Origin: Eledone cirrhosa
Taxonomy: Eukaryota
Reading direction: 5' to 3'
NCBI GenBank assembly: GCA_964016885.1
Contig: CAXHJY010001246.1
Coordinates: 21,283 to 85,282, forward strand
Length of the DNA stretch: 64,000 nt
This document shows, one piece after another, positions 29,840 to 43,522 of this stretch. The position numbers were made by a program, and so were the translations under genes. The number at the start of each line of letters is the position of its first letter. Position 1 is the stretch's first letter. The notes under the pieces were generated by a model. The model did not search any database. It was given only the letters and a program-made list of their open reading frames with translations, and was not told where the DNA came from.

Positions 29840-29998
29840 GGCGGCGCGTTGGCAGAGTTGTTAGAACGTCAGATAGAACGCTTTGCTGTATTATTTTCAG
29901 CTTTCTGCTCTCTGAGTTCAAATCCCGCCGAGTTTAACTTTGCCTTTTATCCTTATGGGGTCGATAAAATAAAATACCAGTCTAATACTGAGGTCGAT
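29840..29998 (+). mobile_element. SINE family A, diverged
   Basis: ggcggcgcgttggcagagttgttag head, gagttcaaatcccgccgag, core ggggtcgataaaataaaataccag. Confidence 0.8.
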
Positions 29999-30316
29999 TC
30001 TTCCTCTATATCTCTTTCTTATTTCTTTTCTCTCATTTTCTATATTTCTCTGGAAGAAATCTGTTGTACTCAGGTCTGGAGAGGGGTGGGTTCCGCCAGA
30101 TTTAAAATGCGCAAGAAATGCCATATGTCAACACGGCACCCCTACAACTCTACCAGGTATTTTGGGACCATACATACATACATGTATTGTGCGTCCCGAT
30201 GGCCGGCGGCGGAGGGTAAGTAAATAGGGAATCAAGGATACTCGTTCGGACGTCACTTTTTGTCTATTTCTTTCTTTCTTTCTTTATTGATAATATTCTT
30301 TTTAGAATAGTCGAAT

Positions 30317-30762
30317 TAGTTTCTACATTTGGCACATGGCCAGCAATTATTCCATTGCATTACTGGTACAACCCCATTCATACTTGCGGGGTATCGTAAA
30401 GGGACGTAACTCTATGCTGAACGCATGGCGTCCGACTCTCTACCGATAGTGCTAATCCACCTCCAGCTACCATATATGGAAAATGATATTAATGGCAGTA
30501 AGATGATTAAACATAAAGAAAAAACCATTAATGTATGAAGTTTCGCCTGTTTATTTAGCAGCTAAAGATTGGCAGAATCATTAGAGAGTCGCACAACATG
30601 CTTAGCGGCATAGAGTTACGTCCCTTTACATTCTGAGCTAGCTTTTACTTTCATCTTTACCGGGTCGATAAATAAAGTACCAGTAATGAACTAGGGTCGA
30701 TTTAATCGACTTTCCCCTCCACTTCAAATTGCTGGCCTTGTACCTAAAGTAGAAATTATTAA
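30317..30762. mobile_element. Two head-to-head SINE family A copies (minus 30317-30460, plus 30566-30762)
   Basis: Both match family A with internal deletions. Confidence 0.75.
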
Positions 30763-30794
30763 TACAATGAACAACCAAAAACTTATTCTCTCTT

Positions 30795-30960
30795 ATGTAC
30801 ACACATATTCACAAGGTCCGAACACAAAAGAACCAAACTCCCACTGTCACAGCCTCCATCTTTCCTGCTCTCCCCATCTCTCACATATTCACAAGGTCCG
30901 AACACAAAAGAACCAAACTCCCACTGTCATCGCCTCCGTGTGTCTCGCTCTCCCCATTTC
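30795..30960. repeat. Two 80-bp units, inverted relative of the 23099-23407 minisatellite
   Basis: aggtccgaacacaaaagaaccaaactcccactgtca occurs at about 30814 and 30894. Confidence 0.9.
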
Positions 30961-31107
30961 TCGCCATTGTGATCAAATGGAGCCCGGCGTCCCCGTCGGA
31001 CAGAATAGAGAAAGGGTTTCCCTGGAGGATCGTGAGGGAGACACGCTGATAGAGTAGCCATTCCAGCTAGTGAGGCTGACATACAAAACCATGAAGTGAA
31101 GTGCAGT

Positions 31108-31285
31108 GAAGGGCACGTGGCCTAGTCGTTAGGGGGCAGCTATTCTTAGGATCGTTGTGTAGCTGGTTCGATTCCTGGACTGGTTTGTGTGTTGCGTTCT
31201 TCAGCAAAGTATTTCATTTCACGTTGCTCCAGTATCTAGAGGTTAGCCTTGCAACGGACCCGTCTCATACGCCAATGAAACCGCA
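31108..31285 (+). mobile_element. SINE family B (tRNA head plus CORE-like domain), diverged
   Basis: gcacgtggcctagtcgttaggg...ggttcgattcctgg...gcgttcttcagcaaagtatttcatttcacgttgctccag, similar to the copies at 49568 and 54799. Confidence 0.75.
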
Positions 31286-31824
31286 TGTGTTTTTCCCACC
31301 ATTTTTTTCATATTTTCCTTGTCGCTTACTCTACTCAATTTTTATCTGTCTATTTATCTTCTATTTCTAACTCTAACTTCTGATGAAAAACTAGTATCCG
31401 AAAGGTTAACACTTTTCACCTACTATTTCAAGAGTTAAACTAATATATTTTTTCCCCGTCACTTCCTCTTCTCAATGTTTATCTGTCTATTTATCTTCTA
31501 TTTCTAACTCTATCTTCTCATGAAAGACTAGTATCCGAAGCGTTAAAGACTCTTTACCTGCTATTTCATGAGTTAAACTAATATATTTCTTCACTGTACT
31601 GTGTCGTTTGCTTTGTTATTTCTGCTTGCCACTTACATATAAATTACATAGCATGTTTACCGACTACTGTTATCAGCAAATACCAGGACACATAAATAAG
31701 TAATGAAGCACATAACATCTTGCTTTCACTTATTTTCTTGTCCGCCCAAATCGCATTTTCGTGGCATTTAAACTTCACATTTTTCTATACTATGCACAAT
31801 GCTCCCAACAAACTACAACTTTCT

Positions 31825-31856
<32 letters not shown>

Positions 31857-31861
31857 CACAC

Positions 31862-31930
<69 letters not shown>

Positions 31931-32014
31931 CACACACACACATATATATATACACACACACACATACGTGTATATATATAATATATGTACATACATATAT
32001 ATGTATTTATACAT

Positions 32015-32068
<54 letters not shown>

Positions 32069-32073
<5 letters not shown>

Positions 32074-32300
32074 AGAAGGGATATTTAATTTGTTGGAAAT
32101 CAAACAAATATAAATGTTTATAACTGATTCAGAGCACTCGACAGTTTTTCTGGAGTAAATATTCAATGATATTAAATAAATGGAAACTATATTTATAAAA
32201 CCATATTTATTCTATTATATATATTTCAAGGGTACCAAAACACTTTGGTACACTTTCATCAGATAAAATACAAAGAGTGTTTTATAAACTTTGACGTAGC
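32069..32300 (-). mobile_element. PLE-type pLTR fragment with hammerhead at 32208-32270
   Basis: Minus strand: tattttat-CTGATGA-aagtgtaccaaa gtgt tttggtaccctt-GAAA-tatata-TA-atagaata. The downstream tail is shared with 32880-33070 and 48568-48728 and ends in (TA)n. Confidence 0.8.
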
Positions 32301-32649
32301 CAAGAAAAAATCATACCTTATCAGTTGAATATTCCCTGGGTAGTAAGATTATAGATTATAGAACGGATTTTTCAAACTTATGGATGAATATCCCAATACT
32401 GTACATACTTTCCGATTGTCACTTTTCGTTATTTTCGTGTGATACGCGAAGGAACCAACCAACAGACATCTCTCTTTTGTATCGCTTTTATTTGTTCAAT
32501 CAAAATGTTTTTCAGTTTTTTTCTGTCGTACAGTATACATCAGCAATCGTTATCTAATGTTTAAAACATATGAATAGCTGCGATATATGCACCATATCAA
32601 TCAAAAACGATATGCAAATTGAATACTCTATATGTATATTATATATATG

Positions 32650-32680
<31 letters not shown>

Positions 32681-32686
<6 letters not shown>

Positions 32687-33065
32687 GATATTAATAAATG
32701 GAAACTATATTTATAAAACCATATTTATTTCATTATACATATTTCAGGGATACCAAATTAAAATATGGTATGCCTTCATCAGACAAAATACAATATATAA
32801 ACAGTTTTATAAATAATTTTGACGTACCCTATTAGATGCAACCATTATTTTTGGAAGCTGTCTTTATATATTGTATTTTGTCTGATGAAGGCATACCATA
32901 TTTTAATTTGGTATCCCTGAAATATGTATAATGAAATAAATATGGTTTTATAAATATAGTTTCCATTTATTAATATCGTATATCTACTCCAAAAACTTGT
33001 CGAGTGCTTTATATCAGTTACAAAATATTTACTTGTTGTATCCCAACAATTTTAAATAGAACTTT

Positions 33066-33070
<5 letters not shown>
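32681..33070 (+). mobile_element. PLE-type pLTR with about 120-bp terminal inverted duplication; hammerhead on both arms
   Basis: Arms 32681-32801 and 32863-32983 are reverse complements. Plus-strand HHR: tattttgt-CTGATGA-aggcatacca..tggtatccct-GAAA-tatgta-TA-atgaaata (32874-32938). Flanked by (TA)n on both sides. Confidence 0.85.
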
Positions 33071-33117
<47 letters not shown>

Positions 33118-33136
33118 CATACACATTCATACATAT

Positions 33137-33216
<80 letters not shown>

Positions 33217-33218
<2 letters not shown>

Positions 33219-33401
33219 CGAAGGAAATGTGGTAAGGAACCAGGTGGACCATAACGCACCAAAGTACTCAATACTTGAGGTAGTAGAGTGGGTAATAGGA
33301 ACCAGTAAGACCCCGACAGCTGAGCTCAAGCCGTTTCGACGGCTAATTCTGAATTAGCCGTCGAAACGGCTTGAGCTCAGCTGTCGGGGTCTTACTGGTT
33401 C
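33217..33401. mobile_element. Small TA-embedded element ending in a perfect 51-bp-arm hairpin
   Basis: Palindrome 33299-33401 centred on 33350. Homologs at 19325-19390, 61269-61468 and 61689-61771. Confidence 0.88.
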
Positions 33402-33445
33402 ATATATATATATATATATATATATACATACACATTCATACATAT

Positions 33446-33486
<41 letters not shown>

Positions 33487-33501
33487 CACATTCATACATA
33501 T

Positions 33502-33556
<55 letters not shown>

Positions 33557-33581
33557 CACACACATATATATATATATATAT

Positions 33582-34310
33582 ATTAATTCAAAATATTAAC
33601 AAAAATAAACATTCGTGTGATCAAGTATATTTTATTATACATATTTCAGAGGTACTGAGCTATCTTCATCATGCATCATCTTTTATCTGAGGAGGAGGAG
33701 GAGGAGAGGGGGGAATGAGGAGGAGGGGCCGGAGGGGAGGAGGAGGGGCGAAGGGGGAGGATGGGGGGGGTCTGGAGGTCGAGGTGTGGAGGAGGTGGTG
33801 GGGAGGGGATGCGGCGGAGTAGGTGGTAGTTGGAGGAGGAGATGAGGAGGGCGAGGTGGTGTAGGAGGAGATGTGGAGGCCGAGGTGTGGTGGAGGTGGT
33901 GTAGGAGGAGATGTGGAGGCGGGGTGGTGATGTGGAGGCCGAGGTGGTGGTGGGGTGGTGATGTGAAGGCCGAGGTGTGGTGGAGGTGCAGGTGGTGTAG
34001 GAGGAGATGTGGAGGTCGAGGTGGTGGTGGGGTGTTGATGTGGAGGTGCAGGTGGTGTAGGAGGAGATGTGGAGGTCGAGGTAGTGGTGGGGTGTTGATG
34101 TGGAGGTGAGGTGTGGTGTAGGAGGAGATGTGGAGGTCGAGGTGGTGGTGGGGTGTTGATGTGGAGGTGAGGTGTGGTGGAGGTGTAGGTGGTGTAGGAG
34201 AAGGTTAAGCAATAGACGTGTTTACTGGTACTGATTGACTGGCTAGACAAAGAGCAGCCAAGTAAGAAATGGTTGCGAAATAAAGACGAATGTTTTCACT
34301 GAAGCATAAA
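33582..34310 (-). mobile_element. Probable PLE remnant: pLTR piece with truncated HHR plus C-rich low-complexity repeat
   Basis: attaattcaaaatattaacaaaa...cattcgtgtgatcaag is shared with 543-585. The minus strand has atgatgaagatagctcagtacctctGAAAtatgtata. 33690-34200 is a degenerate GGA/GGT tandem repeat. Confidence 0.55.
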
Positions 34311-34494
34311 GAATTTTGGAAGATTAATTCAACAAAATAAATGGCATTGCTTCTCAATTCAATAGCAGACTTGATTCGACAAATAACTCATAAAATTCTA
34401 ATATAAATGCTTTCCGGTCAACATTTTTTGATGAGATTTTATTAATCAACATCACGTATGTTAAAATGTCTCGGAAAAGAATTCCCCGATGGAC

Positions 34495-35287
34495 AGATTT
34501 GTAACTTAGAGATCGGAGAGTGGCTTCGAGTAGAGCCGCTGTTTCTCTGAGTTCGATAGAGTGTATAATTCGGAGCTCAGAGAGTGGTGTCAAGTAGAGT
34601 CACTAGAAGTAGGGCCGCTACTTCTCTGAATTGGATAGAGTGCATAGCTCGGAGATAAGAGAGTGGTGTCAAGTAGAGCCGCTGTTTCTCTGAATTGGAT
34701 AGAGTGCAGAGGTCGGAGATCAGAGAGTCACTTGAAGTAGAGCCGCTGCTTCTCTGAATTGAGAGATCACACTCCGGTATTATGGGCATGTGGTTAGAAT
34801 GTCTCAGCAAAGAAACTCTGGACAGAGTTGCAGCTCGAAGATCAGAGAGTCACTTCAAGTAGAGCTGCTACTTCTCCGAATTGAGAGATCACAGTTATGT
34901 TATTACAGATATGTGGTTAGAATACAAGTTGATGAAATGGGGGTTCCTTCGAAGGGTCTCTAGAGTAACGTTACTTAATAGAGTGTATTGCTAGAGATCA
35001 AAGATTTGTCCCAAGTAGAATCACTTGAAGTACAACGGCTACTTCTCCGAATTGGATAGAATACATAACTCGGAAATCAGAGAGTCACTTGAAAGAGAGC
35101 CGCTACTTCTCCGAATTGAGAGCTCACAGCTCCGATACTATGGACACGTGGTTAGAATGTTTCAGGGAAGAATCGCTAGACAGATTTGTAACGCAGGGAT
35201 CATAGAGTCACGCCAGATAGAGCCGCTATTTCTCCGAATTGAGAGATCACAGCTCCGATATTACGAGCAGGTGATTAGAATGTTGGA
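34495..35287 (+). repeat. Tandem array derived from an RTE-clade LINE ORF segment
   Basis: About 10 degenerate copies of cggagatcagagagtcacttgaagtagagccgctacttctccgaattg. The best units translate as LDRIHNSEIRESLEREPLLLRIESSQLRYYGHVVRM. Confidence 0.8.
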
Positions 35288-35387
35288 GGATATCTCTGTG
35301 CAATACCTGGAGGATATCAAGAAATCCCTGCCAAATATCTGTTACACAAAAGATGTATGTATGTATGTATGTATGTATGTATGTATG

Positions 35388-35824
35388 TATGCGACACTAA
35401 AAAGAGATGTCCGGAAAGGAATCCATGTTGTCCTTCCCGAAGGCACTGACAGACGACCTGACCTGACATGTGAGACCTGTAATAGGGTTTGTCTGAGCAT
35501 GGCAGGTCTAAAGAGTCACCTGAGAGTGCACAAGAACAGGGAAGCAGGCACCTGTGGAGCTATAAGTGTTCATCAGACGACGACATGTGATGTTTGTGGA
35601 AGGGTATCCAGGTCGAGTAGTGATCTCACACGACACCTTGGGTCACATGGTACCATGGGCCCAGCACTAGGTGTCAATAATTGTCACAAGTGTCGTGTTT
35701 GTACCAGAGTTTTCAAGTCGCTGGCTGGACTAAAAAGCCACACTCGTCCAACGCATCGGTAGGGGTTCTCCTACATAGATATAAATTAGTGGCCGTACTC
35801 GAAGACGAGTTGGCAGCCACCATG

Positions 35825-35830
<6 letters not shown>
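35388..35830 (+). mobile_element. LINE 3' end encoding three C2H2-like zinc fingers, inserted in (TATG)n
   Basis: CETCNRVCLSMAGLKSHLRVH, CDVCGRVSRSSSDLTRHLGSH, CRVCTRVFKSLAGLKSHTRPTH; short 3' UTR; tatgta repeats on both sides. GLxSH fingers are typical of RTE-like ORF C-termini. Confidence 0.75.
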
Positions 35831-35860
<30 letters not shown>

Positions 35861-36400
35861 CAGGCACATTGCGAAGAAGGTTAAAATGAACAGAAAGAGA
35901 AAGAGAGGGAGAGGGGGAGGAAGGGGGTGTGCTGGAATGAAAAGGAAAAGTTAGAGCTAAAAGTATGTATGTCAAATAACAGAAACGATCCTGCAAAGAG
36001 AAAGATATATAGAGAGATGGAGTGAGTGAGTGAGAGAGGGAGAGAGATAAAGAGTGAGTGAGATATATATATATAGAGCGTGAGATAGAGTGAGTGAGTG
36101 AGAAAGAGTGAGATAGAGTGAGTGAGTGAGAGAGAGTGAAGGAGAGAGTAGAAACAGGCGATGGATTTTTCCTGTTTACATGTCTATAAAAGAATTGGCA
36201 GATCTACTCGTACTGCCTCTCTCTTTTGTTCTCGTTCAATTTTTCACTATATATATATATATAAAACTGAATACTAACCAATACAATCACTAATTCTCAT
36301 TTATTCCTAATTAAACTATTTTTCACTGTGAACAATTTGTCAGCATTTTCTATTCCGTTTACCAATATATAATAACTTGTGTGTTACACCTCTATTCTTT

Positions 36401-36494
<94 letters not shown>

Positions 36495-36598
36495 TTGCAG
36501 GAAACATTTAAACGTGTGTATAAGACAAAATGATGAAAAAGACAAGGATGGAGAAGATAGAGAAAAAGAGAGAGGAGGAGGAGTAGAATGATGAGAGT

Positions 36599-36652
<54 letters not shown>

Positions 36653-36948
36653 TGAAGGTGAGTGAGATTAAACAAGTGTATGTGTGTATATCATATATGT
36701 ATATGTATATAGGTATGTATGTATGTGTATTTATTTATGCATGGATGTATATGTATTTATATGTATGAATATATGTGTGTATGTATCTATCTATCTATAT
36801 ATATATATGTTTGTATATATGTATGTATATGCGTATGTACTTATGTAAATATGAAAGTATGTATGTATTATATATATATATGTGTGTGTATTTATGCATG
36901 TATGTATATATATGTTTCTGTGTATGTATGCATGTGTATGTATGCATG

Positions 36949-36979
<31 letters not shown>

Positions 36980-37386
36980 GTAATGTATATCTATATGTTT
37001 GTATATATGTATGTATATATGTATGTATCTATGTATATATGTATGTATATACGTATGTATATGTGTATGTATATATCTATGTATATATAAATGTATGTAA
37101 GTATGTATGTATGTATATGTGTATGTATATGTATGTATGTATGTATATATGTATGTATATATATATATATATGTATGTATATATGTATGTATATGTATGT
37201 ATGTATGTATGTATATATGTTTGGTAAATATCATCTTGGTTAAGAGAGTGGGACTGGCTTTGTGCAGTGCCTTTACTCACTATAAAAGCTTCACGGCACA
37301 GGCATTGCTTTGTATCTGGAGATCTCTCTGCACTTGTCATTACATGGTACCATGGGCCCAGCACTATGTATGTATATATGTATGTA

Positions 37387-37446
<60 letters not shown>

Positions 37447-37506
37447 TATGTATGTATATATGTATGTATGTATTTATGTATATATGTATGTATATGTATG
37501 TATGTA

Positions 37507-37589
<83 letters not shown>

Positions 37590-37738
37590 ATATATATATG
37601 TATATATGTATGTATATATGTATTTATGTATATATGTATATATGTATGTATATATATATATATGTGTATGTATATATATATGTATATATATATATGTGTA
37701 TGTATATATATATATATGTATATATATATATGTGTATG

Positions 37739-37801
<63 letters not shown>

Positions 37802-37940
37802 GTATATATGTATGTATATATATATATGTATATATGTATGTATGAATTGCGGGTACCTGAATTAGATAAAGGTGGTAAGATGAGATATAGTGAAACACAG
37901 AAATATATTTATATCCGTTCATCTCTCTATCTATCTATCC

Positions 37941-37989
<49 letters not shown>

Positions 37990-38106
37990 AGTCTCTCTCT
38001 TTCCCTTTCTCTCTCTCTCTCTGTATATATCGATATATACATATATATAATCTACCCTCGTAATTTTAGACACCGGTCTACTGTGTATACTTCTACACAC
38101 ACACAC

Positions 38107-38906
<800 letters not shown>

Positions 38907-39066
38907 TGCTGATAGGGAGATAGATATAGAGAAAACTAAATAAAAAATGTGTATTTCAGTCTCTCTCTCTCTCTCTTATTGAGAGAGAGAGAGAGACAGA
39001 AAGACAGTGAGAAAGGGGGCGCGGGGGGGGGGGGGTTAGATAGATATAGAAATAGATATAAATATT

Positions 39067-39145
<79 letters not shown>

Positions 39146-39651
39146 ATGTGTGTGTTTGTGTGTGTTTGTGTGGGTGTGTTTGTGTGTGTATATGTAAGTG
39201 TGTGTGAATGACTGTACGACCGTGTGTCTATGTATATGCGTGTAAGTATGTAATATATACACCTATCCAGAATGTCAGAGAACGAACGCTCGCGGCTGAT
39301 ACAGTTAAGCAAGGCTGCTGCTGCTGTTGTGACTGCTGCTACTGCTGCTGCTGCTGCTGTTGTGACTGCTGCTACTGCTGCTGCTGGTGTCAGCCACAAA
39401 GTGAAAATCAAGCTCGACGTACTTTTCACGACACAACACAGCGCGGATTCCAGCACTTTTCATTAATTCATTGAAGAAGAAAACTTTCTACTTGTCTCCT
39501 CCATCTGCCATGGAATAAGACAGCCAAGTGTCTAAAAACACAAGGAAACTGATCTGTCGAAGAGAAAACTATACATACATATATATATTTACATATATTT
39601 ACATATATTCATATGCATAAATAGATAGATACACACACACACACACACAGA

Positions 39652-39690
<39 letters not shown>

Positions 39691-39848
39691 TTACACACAT
39701 ATAGACACACGCGCACACACAAACAAACACACACACAGACACACAGACACACACACATATATATTTATATATATATATATACAAACATATATATAACAAA
39801 TAGAAAATAAATACACACACACGCCTACATATATGTATATATATATAT

Positions 39849-39927
<79 letters not shown>

Positions 39928-40037
39928 TAGAGAGAGTGATGGTGGTGTCTATATCTAAGAAATAAATTTACAGTAAGAAAGAGCGGGAAAGTGAAACCGA
40001 ATGTTTAAAGTCTGGTAAGGTAAACCGGAGGTTTTCT

Positions 40038-40921
40038 AATAACAACAACACCAACAACAACAACAACATTAACACCACCAACAACTACAACAATAACACC
40101 ACCAACAACAACAACGTTAACACCACCAACAACAACAACAACATTAACACCACCACCAACAACAACAACAATAACGCCACCAACAACAACAACAACAACA
40201 CCAACAACAACATTAACACCACCACCAACAACAACAACAATAACGCCACCAACAACAACACCACCAACAACAACAACATTAACACCACCAACAACAACAA
40301 CAACAACACCAACAACAACATTAACACCACCACCAACAACAACAACAATAACGCCACCAACAACAACACCACCAACAACAACAACATTAACACCACCAAC
40401 AACAACAACGTTAACACCACCAACAACAACAACAACATTAACACCACCACCAACAACAACAACAATAACGCCACCAACAACAACAACAACAACACCAACA
40501 ACAACATTAACACCACCACCAACAACAACAACAATAACGCCACCAACAACAACACCACCAACAACAACAACATTAACACCACCAACAACAACAATAACAC
40601 CACCACCACAACAACAACACCACCAACAACAACACCACCATCACCATCAACAACAACACCACCATCACCAACACCACCACCACAACGACAATAACACCAC
40701 CACCACAACAACAATAACACCACCACCACCATCAACAACAACAACAACACCACCACCACCACCATCACCGCCACCACCATCAACAATAACAACAACAACA
40801 CCACCACCAACATCACCACCATCACCACCAACAACAACACCACCACCAACAACAACATCACCACCACCAACAACAACAATAATTATAATATATTAATAAT
40901 AATAATAATAATAATAATAAT
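40038..40921. repeat. (CAA/CAC)n compound trinucleotide repeat with higher-order units
   Basis: Recurring aacaacattaacaccacc and aataacgccaccaac blocks, ending in (TAA)n. Confidence 0.95.
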
Positions 40922-40944
40922 CACACGCGCACCCACAGACAGAT

Positions 40945-40979
<35 letters not shown>

Positions 40980-42010
40980 TGTATGTATATATGTATATCT
41001 GGATTCGCAACAGAAACACATTTCAGTGTAAAAGACTCTAATGCCTTCTACGAGATGTATTGAGTTCCTTTTTCTGTCGTCGAAAATCTTGGACATTTGA
41101 ATATATATATGACGTATATATATATATATATATATACGTCATTCATTTAATACAAAAGAAAGGTAAGTCGACTTATTAATTGTAATTTCTTCTTCTTCTT
41201 CTTCTTCTTTTTCTTCTGTTTGTTGTTATAGATGATGTTGTTAATGCTGTTACGTTTAACACCCAGTCTCCCAAATCGAAGCCATTCCTTCGTGTTTTTT
41301 TTTTTATTTCTGCTGGAATGGACAGGGAGATGTCTTTTTGTGTCCACAGTTATAGCTTTATGGTGAATGTGTATGATTCGCAGCCACGTGGCTTTCCGAT
41401 TCATGACCACGGCGTGGCACCTTGAGCAAGTATCTCATATAGAGATTTGGTGGACGGTAACTGCTAAAGGCCTATCATATGTGAAGCTAATATAACTGTG
41501 TAATTTGGCCTCCTGTGTTTTTGTTTTGTTTCCTTTATTAACTATATATATATATATATATATACGCGTATATACATGTGTGTGTGTGTGTGTGTGTGTT
41601 ATGTGAACTAGACAGAAATTACATTGGAAACAACACATCATATAAATATATATATATACATTTCACAGAACTTATGTTCACCGAATTCAGGGACTAGACT
41701 CCTTCTTCCACCGTTTGACCTGTGCGGAATCCCTTCCTTGCTCACATTTCAACTAGGTTTGATGGTCTTTATTCCTTCTCGCCCACGATTTCACAGAACT
41801 TATATTCATAGAATTCAGGGACTTGACTCCTTCTTCCTCACTTTTCGTTGCATTACCATCTTTGATTGTTTACAGTTTCGCTCGTTCCCCTTATTTACGT
41901 GTCCCAACGACTTTCTTTAGCCGTTGCTCGCACCAACCGGAGGTATATGGTCTTTAAAGCGATGAAATACCAATGAAGGTTGGGAGATCACTGATGAAGG
42001 ACTAAATTTA

Positions 42011-42115
<105 letters not shown>

Positions 42116-42212
42116 GAAAGATATATACTTTATATCATTATATATATTTCGAAGTTTTATGTATAACATAAAGCAAAACATGCCTTCCTGACATAAAATA
42201 CATAGAAAATAA

Positions 42213-42266
<54 letters not shown>

Positions 42267-42604
42267 TGTATTAAGACTAAATAGTGAGTCTTGTTATTCT
42301 GGCGTCTGGCCTATTTTTCATCAGACAAAAACTCATACAAATATATAAATATATATATATATATATATTGTTTTACTTTGGTAAGGTCATGCTGCCAATA
42401 AAAACACGCGCGCCTGTTATGTTTCACTTCAAATTATTATAATTTTGAGTCGATTGGTTTAATAACCAGATGGTTGTTTACTTGTTGATTGTCCTCGAAG
42501 CTCTTTCGTCACATTCTGTGACCTCCTCTGACTACCTTTGTGGCTACTCTGTATCTCTACTTTGTTTTGTTTTACAACATCATGTTTTTGTGACAAATAT
42601 GTGT

Positions 42605-42655
<51 letters not shown>

Positions 42656-42754
42656 TGTGTACGTGCCTGTGTCTATGATTGGGATTATGTCAAATATCAC
42701 AATGAAATACATAGATTAAGTTACTTGGAAACAAAGTTTATTGGAGGTTAAAAT

Positions 42755-43175
42755 GATCGACTAACTCCCTTTAATGTGGTGCCCCAGGATGGCCGCAGTT
42801 AAATGACTGAAGTCAGCAAAAAAAACAAGGCAGTACGAGAACATGGTAGTGCTCCAGCATGGACGCAGTTAAATGATTGAAACCATTAAAAGAACAAGCT
42901 AGTGCTCTGGCATGACCGCAATTTAATGATTCTTTCCAGTAAAAGACCAATGTGGTGCCCCAGCATGACCGCAGTTTAATGACTGAAGCCAGTAAAACAA
43001 CAAGACAGTGCTGCAGCATTTCTGGGGTTTAATGTCTGAAGCTAGTAAAAGATCAAAGCAGTACCAGAACAAGCTAGAGCCCCAGCATGGCCGCATTTAT
43101 ATCACAGAAACCACTAAAAGGACTAAGCAGTGCCCCAGCATGGCCTCAGTTTAATGAATGTAGCCAGTAAAATAA
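42755..43175 (+). repeat. Minisatellite of a SINE-tail-like unit (about 50-70 bp x about 7)
   Basis: Repeated gtgccccagcatggccgcagtttaatgactgaa.ccagtaaaa. Confidence 0.85.
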
Positions 43176-43215
43176 TGAAATGTGTTCCTCATATTTTCAA
43201 GACAGTGGTGAAGTT

Positions 43216-43522
43216 GGTGCTATTTCTAGCAAATTCACTGTCCACCTATATGTACCCCCCCCCCCCTTTCAGATTAAATCTATGCTGTACTATTAGCTGC
43301 TATTTCTAGCAGGTTCACTGTCCATCTATATGTACCCTTCCAGATTAAATCTATGCTATAGTATCGGCTGCTATTTCTAGCAGGTTCACTGTCCACCTAT
43401 ATGTACCCTTCTATATTAAATCCATGCTGTAATATTGGCTGCTATTTCTTGCAGGTTCGCTGTCCACCAACATGTACTCCACCCCTCCCAGATTAAATCT
43501 ACAGTACTATTGGCTGCTATTT
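43216..43522. repeat. Minisatellite, about 71-80-bp unit x about 4
   Basis: Repeated gctatttctagcaggttcactgtccacctatatgtaccc...cagattaaatctatgct. Confidence 0.9.

Noticed and set aside
33669-34250. Pro/Thr/His-rich extensin-like ORFs
   Set aside because: Low-complexity tandem repeat attached to a PLE-type fragment and open in several frames.
35025-35762. 245-aa ORF as a host C2H2 zinc-finger gene
   Set aside because: Chance fusion of an RTE-derived tandem array, a TATG tract and a LINE C-terminus. It lacks TGEKP linkers and ends in a short UTR plus repeat tail.
41340-41505. Possible miRNA precursor
   Set aside because: Pairing is short and the arms are over 120 nt apart. I do not recognise a match to a known mature miRNA.
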